Shown: positions 7,134-15,501 of the stretch, piece by piece
Numbering within the stretch: position 1 is the first letter of the stretch
Layout of the letters: each line of letters opens with the position of its first letter
NCBI GenBank assembly: GCA_902595535.1
Contig: CACJQI010000003.1
Span: forward strand, 20,383-84,382
DNA length: 64,000 nt
Origin: an uncultured Pelagibacteraceae bacterium
Lineage (GTDB): Bacteria; Pseudomonadota; Alphaproteobacteria; Pelagibacterales; Pelagibacteraceae
Direction: 5' to 3'
Program-made: the position numbers and the translations under genes
Notes under the pieces: generated by a model
Seen by the model: only the letters and a program-made list of their open reading frames with translations
What the model was told of the DNA's origin: nothing
Databases searched by the model: none

Positions 7134-7379
7134 CTATTGTCCATTATTACATTTATATCCATATTGATTGCATAGAGTCACTCTATAAACTTCATTACTA
7201 TACGCCTCTGCTTTGGAAAATAGTCCTTGACCTGTCATTGGAAGTGCGTGCAATAAGACACCCACTGCAAATACACCAAGAATTATTTTAACAGATCTTT
7301 CTAATTTAATCTCGTATTTAACGGTTTTCATATTTCTTCCTTTCAAACTTTGGTCAATTATATTGTAAAGTTTTTTCAT
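7134..7379 (-). CDS. Small single-TM/secreted protein (cassette cargo)
   Basis: ATG 7379 (MKKLYN, a degenerate shared start) or internal ATG 7331 with SD GAAAGGAAG (MKTVKYEIKLERSVKIILGVFAVGVLLHALP). C-terminal CNQYGYKC. Confidence 0.7.
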   Translation of the reverse strand: MKKLYNIIDQSLKGRNMKTVKYEIKLERSVKIILGVFAVGVLLHALPMTGQGLFSKAEAYSNEVYRVTLCNQYGYKCNNGQ

Positions 7380-7518
7380 CAAACCATTTTAACCCCACTC
7401 CTCAACGAAGTCATCTTTCTACTTGCTTTCTAATTGAACAGTTTTATCAATGAACTTTGCAATGAACTTCTTACTTAAATAAGTGAGTATTGGCGTACTA
7501 GGAATACGAATGTAACCG
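7379..7518 (-). repeat. Conserved leader copy 4, 12-mers (7447, 7458) and core box (TTGGCG-N17-TAACCG on plus strand)
   Basis: Direct homology to copies 1-3. Confidence 0.88.
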
Positions 7519-7542
7519 TTCTTACTCAAAACAAAATTCTAT

Positions 7543-7569
7543 AAGGGCAGTTTTTACTGCCCATTTTTT
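7543..7569. terminator. Hairpin type A
   Basis: GGGCAGT-TTTT-ACTGCCC (7545-7562) followed by ATTTTTT. Confidence 0.75.
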
Positions 7570-7604
7570 ATGTATAATCTTTTCAAAATATCTTAAAAAA
7601 AATT

Positions 7605-8195
7605 GTGAAAAAAAAATTAATTATTTTTTTAATATCATTATTAACTTTTCCACTACCTACACTTGCACATGATATTATGGGCAAAGTTGGATTTTATGAT
7701 GGTCTTTTTCATCCAGTTTTAGGATTAGATCATCTCCTGGCCATGATAAGTGTTGGTATAATATCTGTTCAGATCGGTGGTAGAGCTATTTGGACTGTAC
7801 CCTCCATTTTTGTGATCTTAATGACAATTGGTGGTTTGTTTGGATTTTTATTAATTGTTCAAGAATTTTATTTTGTAGAAATTGGAATTGTTTTTTCAGT
7901 AATACTTTTAGGAATTGGAATTAGTATTGAAAATAAAATACCTACCAAATTAATAATGATATTTGTAGCAATTTTCGGTTTGTTTCATGGCATTGCTCAT
8001 GGATTAGAGGTGCCGGCAGCAGCAAATCCTATTTTATTTGTTTTTGGTTTCATCATTGGCACAACCACTTTACACTTATTAGGGGTCGTAATTGGACACG
8101 TATCAATAAAAAATAATATATCTTTAATTTTGTTACGATTAACAGGAGTATCTTTCGCTGTTTATGGAATATATTTGCTAAATCAAATTTTTTAA
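7605..8195 (+). CDS. hupE: HupE/UreJ family Ni/Co transporter
   Basis: Signal peptide then AH. GLFHPVLGLDHLLAM and GLFHGIAHGLE motifs; TTTLHLLG. Confidence 0.9.
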   Translation: MKKKLIIFLISLLTFPLPTLAHDIMGKVGFYDGLFHPVLGLDHLLAMISVGIISVQIGGRAIWTVPSIFVILMTIGGLFGFLLIVQEFYFVEIGIVFSVILLGIGISIENKIPTKLIMIFVAIFGLFHGIAHGLEVPAAANPILFVFGFIIGTTTLHLLGVVIGHVSIKNNISLILLRLTGVSFAVYGIYLLNQIF

Positions 8196-8237
8196 AAAAA
8201 TACAGGATTATTTTTTAAAGAATGGTAAAATAATTAG

Positions 8238-8351
8238 ATGTCAAAAAGATATAGTGGAAAATCATTTAAAGACTCAAGCGTTAGTAAAAAACCAAAATTG
8301 AGTCTTAAAGAAAAAAGAAAAATAAAAAAAGAAAAAGCTAAAAAATCTTAA
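8238..8351 (+). CDS. Putative small basic protein (37 aa), missing from the ORF track
   Basis: Manual translation MSKRYSGKSFKDSSVSKKPKLSLKEKRKIKKEKAKKS*. Fills the gap between hupE and the convergent helicase. Confidence 0.45.
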   Translation: MSKRYSGKSFKDSSVSKKPKLSLKEKRKIKKEKAKKS

Positions 8352-8353
8352 AA

Positions 8354-9832
8354 TTATCTTCTTTTTTTATTGTGTTTTTTAAATGTAAAGTTTTTTGGTC
8401 TACTGTTTCTGCTATTAAACTTTTTCTTACCTTTAAAATTAAATTTTTTTCTTTCTCCATCTGATGATAAATTTTCTGAGTTTTGTTTTTCAAGATACTT
8501 CGGGTTATTTGTAAAACCAGCTGGTTTTGTTAACTTTTTTTTAAAAAATTTTTTCTTACTCTTAAAATTATAATCTTTTTTTTCTGTCTCCCTTAATGGT
8601 TTTTCAGATTTTCCTTTTCCAAAAGATTTTCTTTTTTCTTTAAAATTCAATTTTCTTTTTTCTCTTAATTTTCTTTTTTTATTATTAGGTCCCTTGCCTC
8701 TTCTTTTAGTTTTCGAATTTCTTCTTAAATTACTAGGGACCGACTTAAAATTTGGATCAATAAATTTATTTATTGAATTCCACATTAATCTATCTTCAGG
8801 TGTCAAAAAAGTTAGAGCAGATCCATCAGATCCAGCTCTAGCTGTCCTTCCGATTCTATGAACATAATCTTCTGGAACTTGTGGAAGGTCGTAATTAATT
8901 ACATGTTGAATTAAAGGAATATCAAGACCTCTAGCAGCTACATCAGTTGCAATTAAAATTCTTTTTAAACCTTTTCTAAAAGAATTTATAACACGATCTC
9001 TTTTACTTTGACGTAAATCACCATGTATTCCATCTGCAGAATGACCTTCATACTTTAGACGTTTTACCATTTTATCCGCACTTCTCTTTGTTTTTACAAA
9101 AACTAAAATTGATCCTTTTCTTGCTAAAAATTGATCTATTAATTTATCGTATTTATTCTCTTTAAAGACTTGAAGTGTTTCTTGTTTAATTTTAGCAATA
9201 GGAACTGAGGTTGCTCCAGTAGAAATTCTTTCAGGTTTATTTAAATATCTCTCAGAAATTCTTAAAATATTTTGAGGCAAAGTCGCAGAAAATAGTAAAG
9301 TTTGATGATCTTTAGGTACAAATTTTAAAACCATTTCAATTTGCGGAGTAAAGCCCATATCCAACATTCTATCTGTCTCATCTAAAACTAAATATTTTGT
9401 TGCTGATAAATTAAGGCTTTTTCTTTTTAAATGGTCATTAATTCTTCCAGGAGTACCAACTATTATTCTTGATCTATTTCCTAATTGTCTAAGCTGTTTT
9501 TGCATAGACTCACCACCGATAAGTAGAGCTGTTTTAATATTTATCTTATCACTAATAATACTTTTAATTGCCTCCATTACCTGAGTGGCCAACTCTCTCG
9601 TTGGACACATGACCAGTGCAAATGCATTTTTATCTAAAATTAATTTGTTAATTAATGGAATACTAAAGGCTAATGTTTTTCCTGTGCCTGTTTGTGCAGT
9701 TCCAAGTATATCTTTCCCCTCCAACGCAGTTGGTATCGCCATACATTGAATGGGGGTAGGCTTGATAAAATTCATTTTATTTAATGAATTTTTCAAAGAG
9801 TCTTCAATTTTTAATAATTTAAAATTTTCCAT
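8354..9832 (-). CDS. DEAD/DEAH-box RNA helicase
   Basis: Q motif PTPIQ, AQTGTGKT, PTRELA, DETD, SAT, HRIGRTARAG, and a basic C-terminal tail. Confidence 0.93.
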   Translation of the reverse strand: MENFKLLKIEDSLKNSLNKMNFIKPTPIQCMAIPTALEGKDILGTAQTGTGKTLAFSIPLINKLILDKNAFALVMCPTRELATQVMEAIKSIISDKINIKTALLIGGESMQKQLRQLGNRSRIIVGTPGRINDHLKRKSLNLSATKYLVLDETDRMLDMGFTPQIEMVLKFVPKDHQTLLFSATLPQNILRISERYLNKPERISTGATSVPIAKIKQETLQVFKENKYDKLIDQFLARKGSILVFVKTKRSADKMVKRLKYEGHSADGIHGDLRQSKRDRVINSFRKGLKRILIATDVAARGLDIPLIQHVINYDLPQVPEDYVHRIGRTARAGSDGSALTFLTPEDRLMWNSINKFIDPNFKSVPSNLRRNSKTKRRGKGPNNKKRKLREKRKLNFKEKRKSFGKGKSEKPLRETEKKDYNFKSKKKFFKKKLTKPAGFTNNPKYLEKQNSENLSSDGERKKFNFKGKKKFNSRNSRPKNFTFKKHNKKRR

Positions 9833-10009
9833 TTAATGATTAAAGGGTCAGGATATTGATTCTTTATTACGTCTAATTTTAATGGGATATCTATATGTTT
9901 TTAAAACAATCACAAGCAATGAATTTTTAGTTTGAGCTAATTTATCCAGTAAATACTGAATTTTTTTAAGTTTTCAAATCAAAGAATTAATGTATAAGAG
10001 CCAGGATTT

Positions 10010-11836
10010 ATGAACAACAATATCAAAAACATCACCATCATTGCCCATGTTGATCATGGCAAAACCACTCTCATTGATAATTTAATGAAACAAAGTGGAT
10101 CGTTTAGAGAAAACGAGGTTGTTGATGAAAGATTAATGGACTCAGGAGAACTTGAAAAAGAAAGAGGAATCACAATTTTAGCAAAACCTGCTTCAATAAA
10201 TTGGAAAAACTCTAGGGTTAATATCATAGATACACCAGGACACAGGGACTTTGCTGCAGAAGTTGAAAGAGTTTTAAGTATGGCTGATGGCGCATTATTG
10301 CTTATAGACTCAGCTGAAGGTGTAATGCCTCAGACAAAATTTGTACTATCAAAAGCGTTAAAACAGGGTTTAAAACCAATTGTAGTAATTAACAAATTGG
10401 ATAAAGCAGATCAAAGAGCTAATGAAGTTTTAGATGAAACTTTTGATTTATTTGTGAGTTTAGATGCAAATGAAGAACAATTAGATTTTCCTGTATTATA
10501 TGCAAGTGGTAGATCAGGATGGGCTGATACCGAGGTCGATGGGCCAAGAGCAAATTTAAATCCCCTTTTAGATTTAATTGTAGAACATGTGAAGCCAGCT
10601 GAACTTGATAAGACAAAACCTTTTGCAATGCTTTCAACACTTCTTTATGCTGATAGTTTTTTGGGAAGAAGCTTAGTTGGTAAGATTACACAAGGAACTG
10701 CAAAAGCAAATCAATTAATTAAAGCAATTAATCTTAATGGTGAGAAAGTTGATGAAGGAAAATTAACTAAAATTTTTAGGTACGAGGGCACTAAAAAGGT
10801 TCCAATTGAAGTTGGTGAAGCTGGAGATATTGTAGTTGTAGCTGGATTAGAAAAAGCAAATGTAGCTGATACTATTTGTGATCCTGAGGTAATTGAACCA
10901 ATAACTGCAACACCTATAGATCCACCAACAATTTCAATTACTATAACTGTAAATACTTCTCCTCTTGCAGGAACTGAAGGTAAGAAATTAACTAGCACTC
11001 AAATAAGAGATAGATTGCTACAGGAAGCTCAAAACAACGTTGGTATTACTTTCTCAGAAAATGATGGTAACGACTCTTTTGTTTTAAGTGGACGTGGCGA
11101 ACTTATGTTGGAAATCTTACTTACTCAAATGAGAAGAGAAGGATTTGAAATGACCGTAAGTCCTCCTAAAGTATTGTATAAAACTGATGAAAATGGAAAT
11201 AAACTTGAGCCAATTGAAGAAATAACAATGGATTTAGACGAGGAACATTCTTCAAAAGTTATAGATTCAATGAATAGAAGAAAAGGTAAACTTATTGATT
11301 TAAAAGATACTGGTAAAAATAAGAAAAGATTAATATTCCACGCACCAACTAGAGGATTAATGGGATACACAAGTAGATTTCTAACTCTTACAAAAGGAAA
11401 TGGTGTAATTAATAGAATATTCCATAATTATGGCCCTTTTGAAGGAGATATGGAAGGAAGAAGGAACGGCGCTTTAATATCAATGGAAAAAGGTAAAGCA
11501 GTTGCTTTTGCTATTTTTAATTTACAGGCTAGAGGAGAGATGTTCGTAACTCATAATGATCCTGTTTATCCTGGTATGATAGTTGGTCTGTCTCCAAAAC
11601 CCGGTGATATGATCATCAATGTTATGAAAGGTAAAAAACTAACAAACATGAGAACACAAGGAACAGATGACAATGTTGTGTTAACCCCAGTTAGAAAAAT
11701 GTCTATAGCAGAACAATTGAGTATGCTAAATATTGATGAAGCATTAGAAATAACGCCAGATTCGTGTCGATTAAGAAAAGCGATTTTAGATCCTCATGAA
11801 AGAAAAAAAAGTGAAAAAACTGGCGCTGCAGCCTAA
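10010..11836 (+). CDS. typA: Translational GTPase TypA/BipA
   Basis: AHVDHGKTT, ERGITIL, DTPGH, NKLD, GRGELMLEIL. Confidence 0.97.
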   Translation: MNNNIKNITIIAHVDHGKTTLIDNLMKQSGSFRENEVVDERLMDSGELEKERGITILAKPASINWKNSRVNIIDTPGHRDFAAEVERVLSMADGALLLIDSAEGVMPQTKFVLSKALKQGLKPIVVINKLDKADQRANEVLDETFDLFVSLDANEEQLDFPVLYASGRSGWADTEVDGPRANLNPLLDLIVEHVKPAELDKTKPFAMLSTLLYADSFLGRSLVGKITQGTAKANQLIKAINLNGEKVDEGKLTKIFRYEGTKKVPIEVGEAGDIVVVAGLEKANVADTICDPEVIEPITATPIDPPTISITITVNTSPLAGTEGKKLTSTQIRDRLLQEAQNNVGITFSENDGNDSFVLSGRGELMLEILLTQMRREGFEMTVSPPKVLYKTDENGNKLEPIEEITMDLDEEHSSKVIDSMNRRKGKLIDLKDTGKNKKRLIFHAPTRGLMGYTSRFLTLTKGNGVINRIFHNYGPFEGDMEGRRNGALISMEKGKAVAFAIFNLQARGEMFVTHNDPVYPGMIVGLSPKPGDMIINVMKGKKLTNMRTQGTDDNVVLTPVRKMSIAEQLSMLNIDEALEITPDSCRLRKAILDPHERKKSEKTGAAA

Positions 11837-12480
11837 TTATAAATTTTATTAACTAAATATAAACCTAAAGCAACACAGGGGCCTATTCCAAAAGCAAATA
11901 ATAAAGTTCCAAATCCAACTGTGCCTCCTAAGTACCATCCAATTGACATAACCGTTATTTCAAGAGCTGCTCTTACTGATGCAATTGGAAAGTTAGTTTT
12001 TTTTTGAAGACCTATCATTAAACCATCTCTTGGTCCTGCTCCTAAATTAGCGACTAGATATATTCCACCTCCTATACCTACAGTTAGCACTGCAAAAGCT
12101 CCAAGTAATATTTGTGAAATGAAATTTTCTGGTGTTGGAACATATCTAATGCAAACATCAATCATTAATCCTATTATTAAAGCATTTAAAATAGTACCAA
12201 TTCCAGGTTTTTGTTTTAAGGGAAACCAAAGCAACAAAACCATAATACTTATTAAAATAGTCATGAGGCCGATGGAGAAACCTATGTTTAAGTATAAACC
12301 TTGAGCAAATACACTCCAAGGTGATGCTCCAGATGCTGAGACAATTAATAAACCTTCACCTAAACCAAATAAGGTCAAACCAAAACAGAGAAAAAAGAAT
12401 GTTGAAATTTTTGGTTTTAAATTTAGTGGTTTTTCAGAACTCCATGAAACCTTTGGTATATTTTTAATTTGTAAAAACAT
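11833..12480 (-). CDS. YczE/YyaS/YitT-like membrane protein
   Basis: GASPWSVFAQG, PGIGTILN, GAGPRDGLM, GGTVGFGT. Confidence 0.8.
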   Translation of the reverse strand: MFLQIKNIPKVSWSSEKPLNLKPKISTFFFLCFGLTLFGLGEGLLIVSASGASPWSVFAQGLYLNIGFSIGLMTILISIMVLLLWFPLKQKPGIGTILNALIIGLMIDVCIRYVPTPENFISQILLGAFAVLTVGIGGGIYLVANLGAGPRDGLMIGLQKKTNFPIASVRAALEITVMSIGWYLGGTVGFGTLLFAFGIGPCVALGLYLVNKIYN

Positions 12481-12527
12481 TTTAATAAAATACTTCTTTT
12501 ATTATCAAAGTCTATTAAACTAATATT

Positions 12528-13211
12528 TTGATGAAAAAATTTTTATTATTAATATTTTTCTTTTTATACTCTTTCAATAGTACAGCTCATATGGCTCACT
12601 ATAATAAGTATAATAAGATTGAAATGGAAATTTTAAAAGATGGAAAAGTTATTGGATATAATTATTATTTTTTTAAAAAAAATAATAATGAAACAATAGT
12701 CACAAATCAAATAAAGCTTACTGTAAAATTATTAGGTGCAACTTTATTTGAAATAGAAGGTTATGGAGAGGAAAAATATTTAAAAGATAAACTAATTTCA
12801 TTTAACTCAAAAACCCGTCAAAATAAGAAAGAAAAATTTGTAAATCTCAAATTAAATAAAGATACTAATAAATTTGAAATAAAAGGATCATCATACTCAG
12901 GGAAAGCATCAACAGATAATATAGTGGGAAATTGGTGGAACCATAAAATACTTCAATCAAGTAGTCAAATAAGCCCAATATCTGGAAGTATTAAAGAACA
13001 AGTGGTCACATTTATAGGTAAAGAAAAACTAGATCTTTACGGAAAATCTTATGATGTTGAACATTTTAAATTAACATCCAAAGATATGTCTATTCCAAAA
13101 AATAAAAGATTAAATTTTGATATCTGGTTTGATAAAAAAAATGCTTTAATTATGAAAGTTACATATTCTAGAATGGGTGATTGGGAATATAGAGTTAAAA
13201 ATTTTGAGTAG
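12528..13211 (+). CDS. Conserved secreted protein (DUF6134-like)
   Basis: Signal peptide and a beta-rich domain with GNWWNH. Family recalled from memory, not searched. Confidence 0.6.
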   Translation: MMKKFLLLIFFFLYSFNSTAHMAHYNKYNKIEMEILKDGKVIGYNYYFFKKNNNETIVTNQIKLTVKLLGATLFEIEGYGEEKYLKDKLISFNSKTRQNKKEKFVNLKLNKDTNKFEIKGSSYSGKASTDNIVGNWWNHKILQSSSQISPISGSIKEQVVTFIGKEKLDLYGKSYDVEHFKLTSKDMSIPKNKRLNFDIWFDKKNALIMKVTYSRMGDWEYRVKNFE

Positions 13212-13213
13212 AA

Positions 13214-14185
13214 TTATTTAATTATTTTTTTATAAAGATCATTAGCACTTAACCAACCTGCCTCTAGTCTAGGTCCTATAAACCAGTCTGCACAAACACC
13301 TAAATTTATTGACGGATCCCAAAAACTCTTCATTTTTAATGGATTTGAATTTGAAGAATATTTCCATCCATGATTAAGTGAATGTAATATTTTTGTTTTT
13401 TTTATACCAGTAAGTTTAAAGAAATGATTAATTAAAATTTGTGAATTTAAATCTTTGTTTTCCTTATTTTTATTAATTTTTTTGTTTGCCCAATTGTATG
13501 TACTTTGCAAAGTCCATAGATCAAAATTACTTTTAAATCTTTTTTTACTATTTTCTTTAGCAGCCCAACCTAAAATTTTATTATCAAAAAAATAACTACT
13601 AAAATTATTTTTTGTTTTTTTAATTACAATCATTACAGTGATATTTGCATCCATTTTAACTCTTGATTTGATAAATGGATTTTTTATAAATTTTTTAGAT
13701 AATTTATATAATTGCTCAAATGGGCAAGTTAAAATTAGCTTATTATAAATTTTTTTCTCCCCATTAGAAAAAGTTAAAAACCATTTTTTTTGTTTATAAT
13801 CAATTTTTTTAAGCTCATATAAATAATTACATTTTATATTTTTTAAAAGATATTTGCTGATATCATTATTACCTTTGCAACCAATTATTTTTTTATGATT
13901 TTTAATTTCTTTTTTAATTTTATTTAAAAATAAATGTTTGCCCCTCCAGTTTTTTAAAACCTTTTTTTTTATTAATTTTTCTAAGAATCTTTTAAATGCT
14001 AAAGTTTTAGGTGAGATATATTGAGTCCCATGATCAAATCCTTTTGTTTCATCAAGCCTTTTAAAAGATGCTCTACCACCAGGACCTCTAGCTTTATCAA
14101 AAAGATCGACCGAATTTTTTTTGCTTAAAAGATTTGCAATTGTTGCTCCTGAAATTCCTGAGCCAATTACACAAAAATTACTCAT
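13214..14185 (-). CDS. NAD(P)/FAD-dependent oxidoreductase (renalase-like)
   Basis: GSGISG, DKARGPGGRAS, FDHGTQY, HGWKYS, CADW. Confidence 0.82.
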   Translation of the reverse strand: MSNFCVIGSGISGATIANLLSKKNSVDLFDKARGPGGRASFKRLDETKGFDHGTQYISPKTLAFKRFLEKLIKKKVLKNWRGKHLFLNKIKKEIKNHKKIIGCKGNNDISKYLLKNIKCNYLYELKKIDYKQKKWFLTFSNGEKKIYNKLILTCPFEQLYKLSKKFIKNPFIKSRVKMDANITVMIVIKKTKNNFSSYFFDNKILGWAAKENSKKRFKSNFDLWTLQSTYNWANKKINKNKENKDLNSQILINHFFKLTGIKKTKILHSLNHGWKYSSNSNPLKMKSFWDPSINLGVCADWFIGPRLEAGWLSANDLYKKIIK

Positions 14186-15498
14186 TTTCCAGCAACAGTC
14201 ATGCCTTCAATCATTATAGTAGGTGAGTTAACTGAATATTTAAACTCTAAATCATTCGCTAATGTTATATTTTTAAACATGTCATTAAAATTTCCAGCTA
14301 TTGTTATCTCATTTACAGGATGTTTAAATTCTCCATTTTCAATTAAGAAACCTGTAGCACCTACAGAATAGTCGCCAGTTACTAAATTTGTTCCATGACC
14401 GATTGTTTCTGTAATATATAAATTTTTAGAATTGATTTTTAATAATTCATCAAAACTCATTTTACCATTTTCTAAATAAAGATTAGTGCTACCACCACTT
14501 CTACCGTTTGATTTTAATTCTAGTTTTCTACCATTATAAGTATCCACAAGATATTCTTTAAGAAATCCCTTTTCTACTAACTTTAGAGTTTCTGATTTAA
14601 CGCCCTCTGAGTCAAAATATTGTGAGCCCAATCCTTTAACCAAGTCTGGTTTATCAAATATATTAATTGTGTCAGAAAAAATCTGTTGGTCAATTTTATC
14701 TTTTAAAAAGGAAGTACCTCTTGCAATAGCTGATGAGGATATCGCACTTGCAAAAGAACTCAGCAACCCTTTTGCAATTCTCTTATCAAAAATTAAACTT
14801 ATTTTATCACTTCCAATTTTTTTTGGACTAAGCTTTTTTATTGTTTGTTCAGCAGCAATATTTCCTAAATTTTTTGGCTTTATAATATCGTTTAAATGAC
14901 ATCTGCTTGTAAATTCATAATCTCTTTCCATGCTGTTTTCATCTTTAGCGACTGTCACACACGATGCGGTAAATGACGAAGATTTATAACCATTACAAAA
15001 CCCATCAGTATTTGCTAAAATAAAATTTCCTCTATTTTCCGAAAAACTAGATTCTGTATTTATAATTTTTTCATCTTTTGATGCTGTGTCTTCTAATTCT
15101 CTTAAATAATCTATTTTCTTATCATTATCTAAATGTGTTTCATCGTATAAATCTAATTCTTTAATTTCTTTTGCTAACAAATCTTGATCGGGTAAGGAAT
15201 TAAATTTATCCTCAGGTGTAATTTTTGTTGTTTCAATACATTTTTCAATCAAAGTTTTTAAATTTTCATCTAATAAATTTGATGAAGATATTGAAGATTT
15301 TTTTTTGCCTACAAATGTTTGGATACTTATAGCTAGACTGTCAGATCTATTAGACTCATCTAAAGCCTTATTTCTAAAATTCACAGTCTCTGATATAGAA
15401 TTTCCAACAGTTACACTTACATCAGTTGCACCTAATTTTTTTGCTAAATCTAGGCAAAACGATGCTTTGGACTTCAAATATTCTTGACCTTTAATCAT
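14182..15498 (-). CDS. pmbA: TldD/PmbA family protein PmbA (TldE)
   Basis: FDSEGV, GHGTNLVTGDYSVGATG, EITIAGN. Adjacent to tldD. Confidence 0.92.
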   Translation of the reverse strand: MIKGQEYLKSKASFCLDLAKKLGATDVSVTVGNSISETVNFRNKALDESNRSDSLAISIQTFVGKKKSSISSSNLLDENLKTLIEKCIETTKITPEDKFNSLPDQDLLAKEIKELDLYDETHLDNDKKIDYLRELEDTASKDEKIINTESSFSENRGNFILANTDGFCNGYKSSSFTASCVTVAKDENSMERDYEFTSRCHLNDIIKPKNLGNIAAEQTIKKLSPKKIGSDKISLIFDKRIAKGLLSSFASAISSSAIARGTSFLKDKIDQQIFSDTINIFDKPDLVKGLGSQYFDSEGVKSETLKLVEKGFLKEYLVDTYNGRKLELKSNGRSGGSTNLYLENGKMSFDELLKINSKNLYITETIGHGTNLVTGDYSVGATGFLIENGEFKHPVNEITIAGNFNDMFKNITLANDLEFKYSVNSPTIMIEGMTVAGK

Positions 15499-15501
15499 TT
15501 T

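Larger units (their letters stand above)
3206..7570 (-). other. Array of small co-oriented gene cassettes separated by mosaic repeated intergenic modules
   Basis: Seven minus-strand ORFs. Seven GAAT(G/A)TAA + hairpin units, about 15 TGCAATGAA-type repeats and five homologous leaders between them. Confidence 0.8.

Noticed and set aside
3700-7570. CRISPR array
   Set aside because: The repeats are 40-150 bp mosaics separated by whole genes, not uniform 25-40 bp repeats with equal-length spacers. No cas genes in the window.
3700-7570. Classical integron attC sites
   Set aside because: No RYYYAAC...GTTRRRY-bounded long imperfect palindromes downstream of the genes, the hairpins are short terminator-type stems, and no intI is visible.
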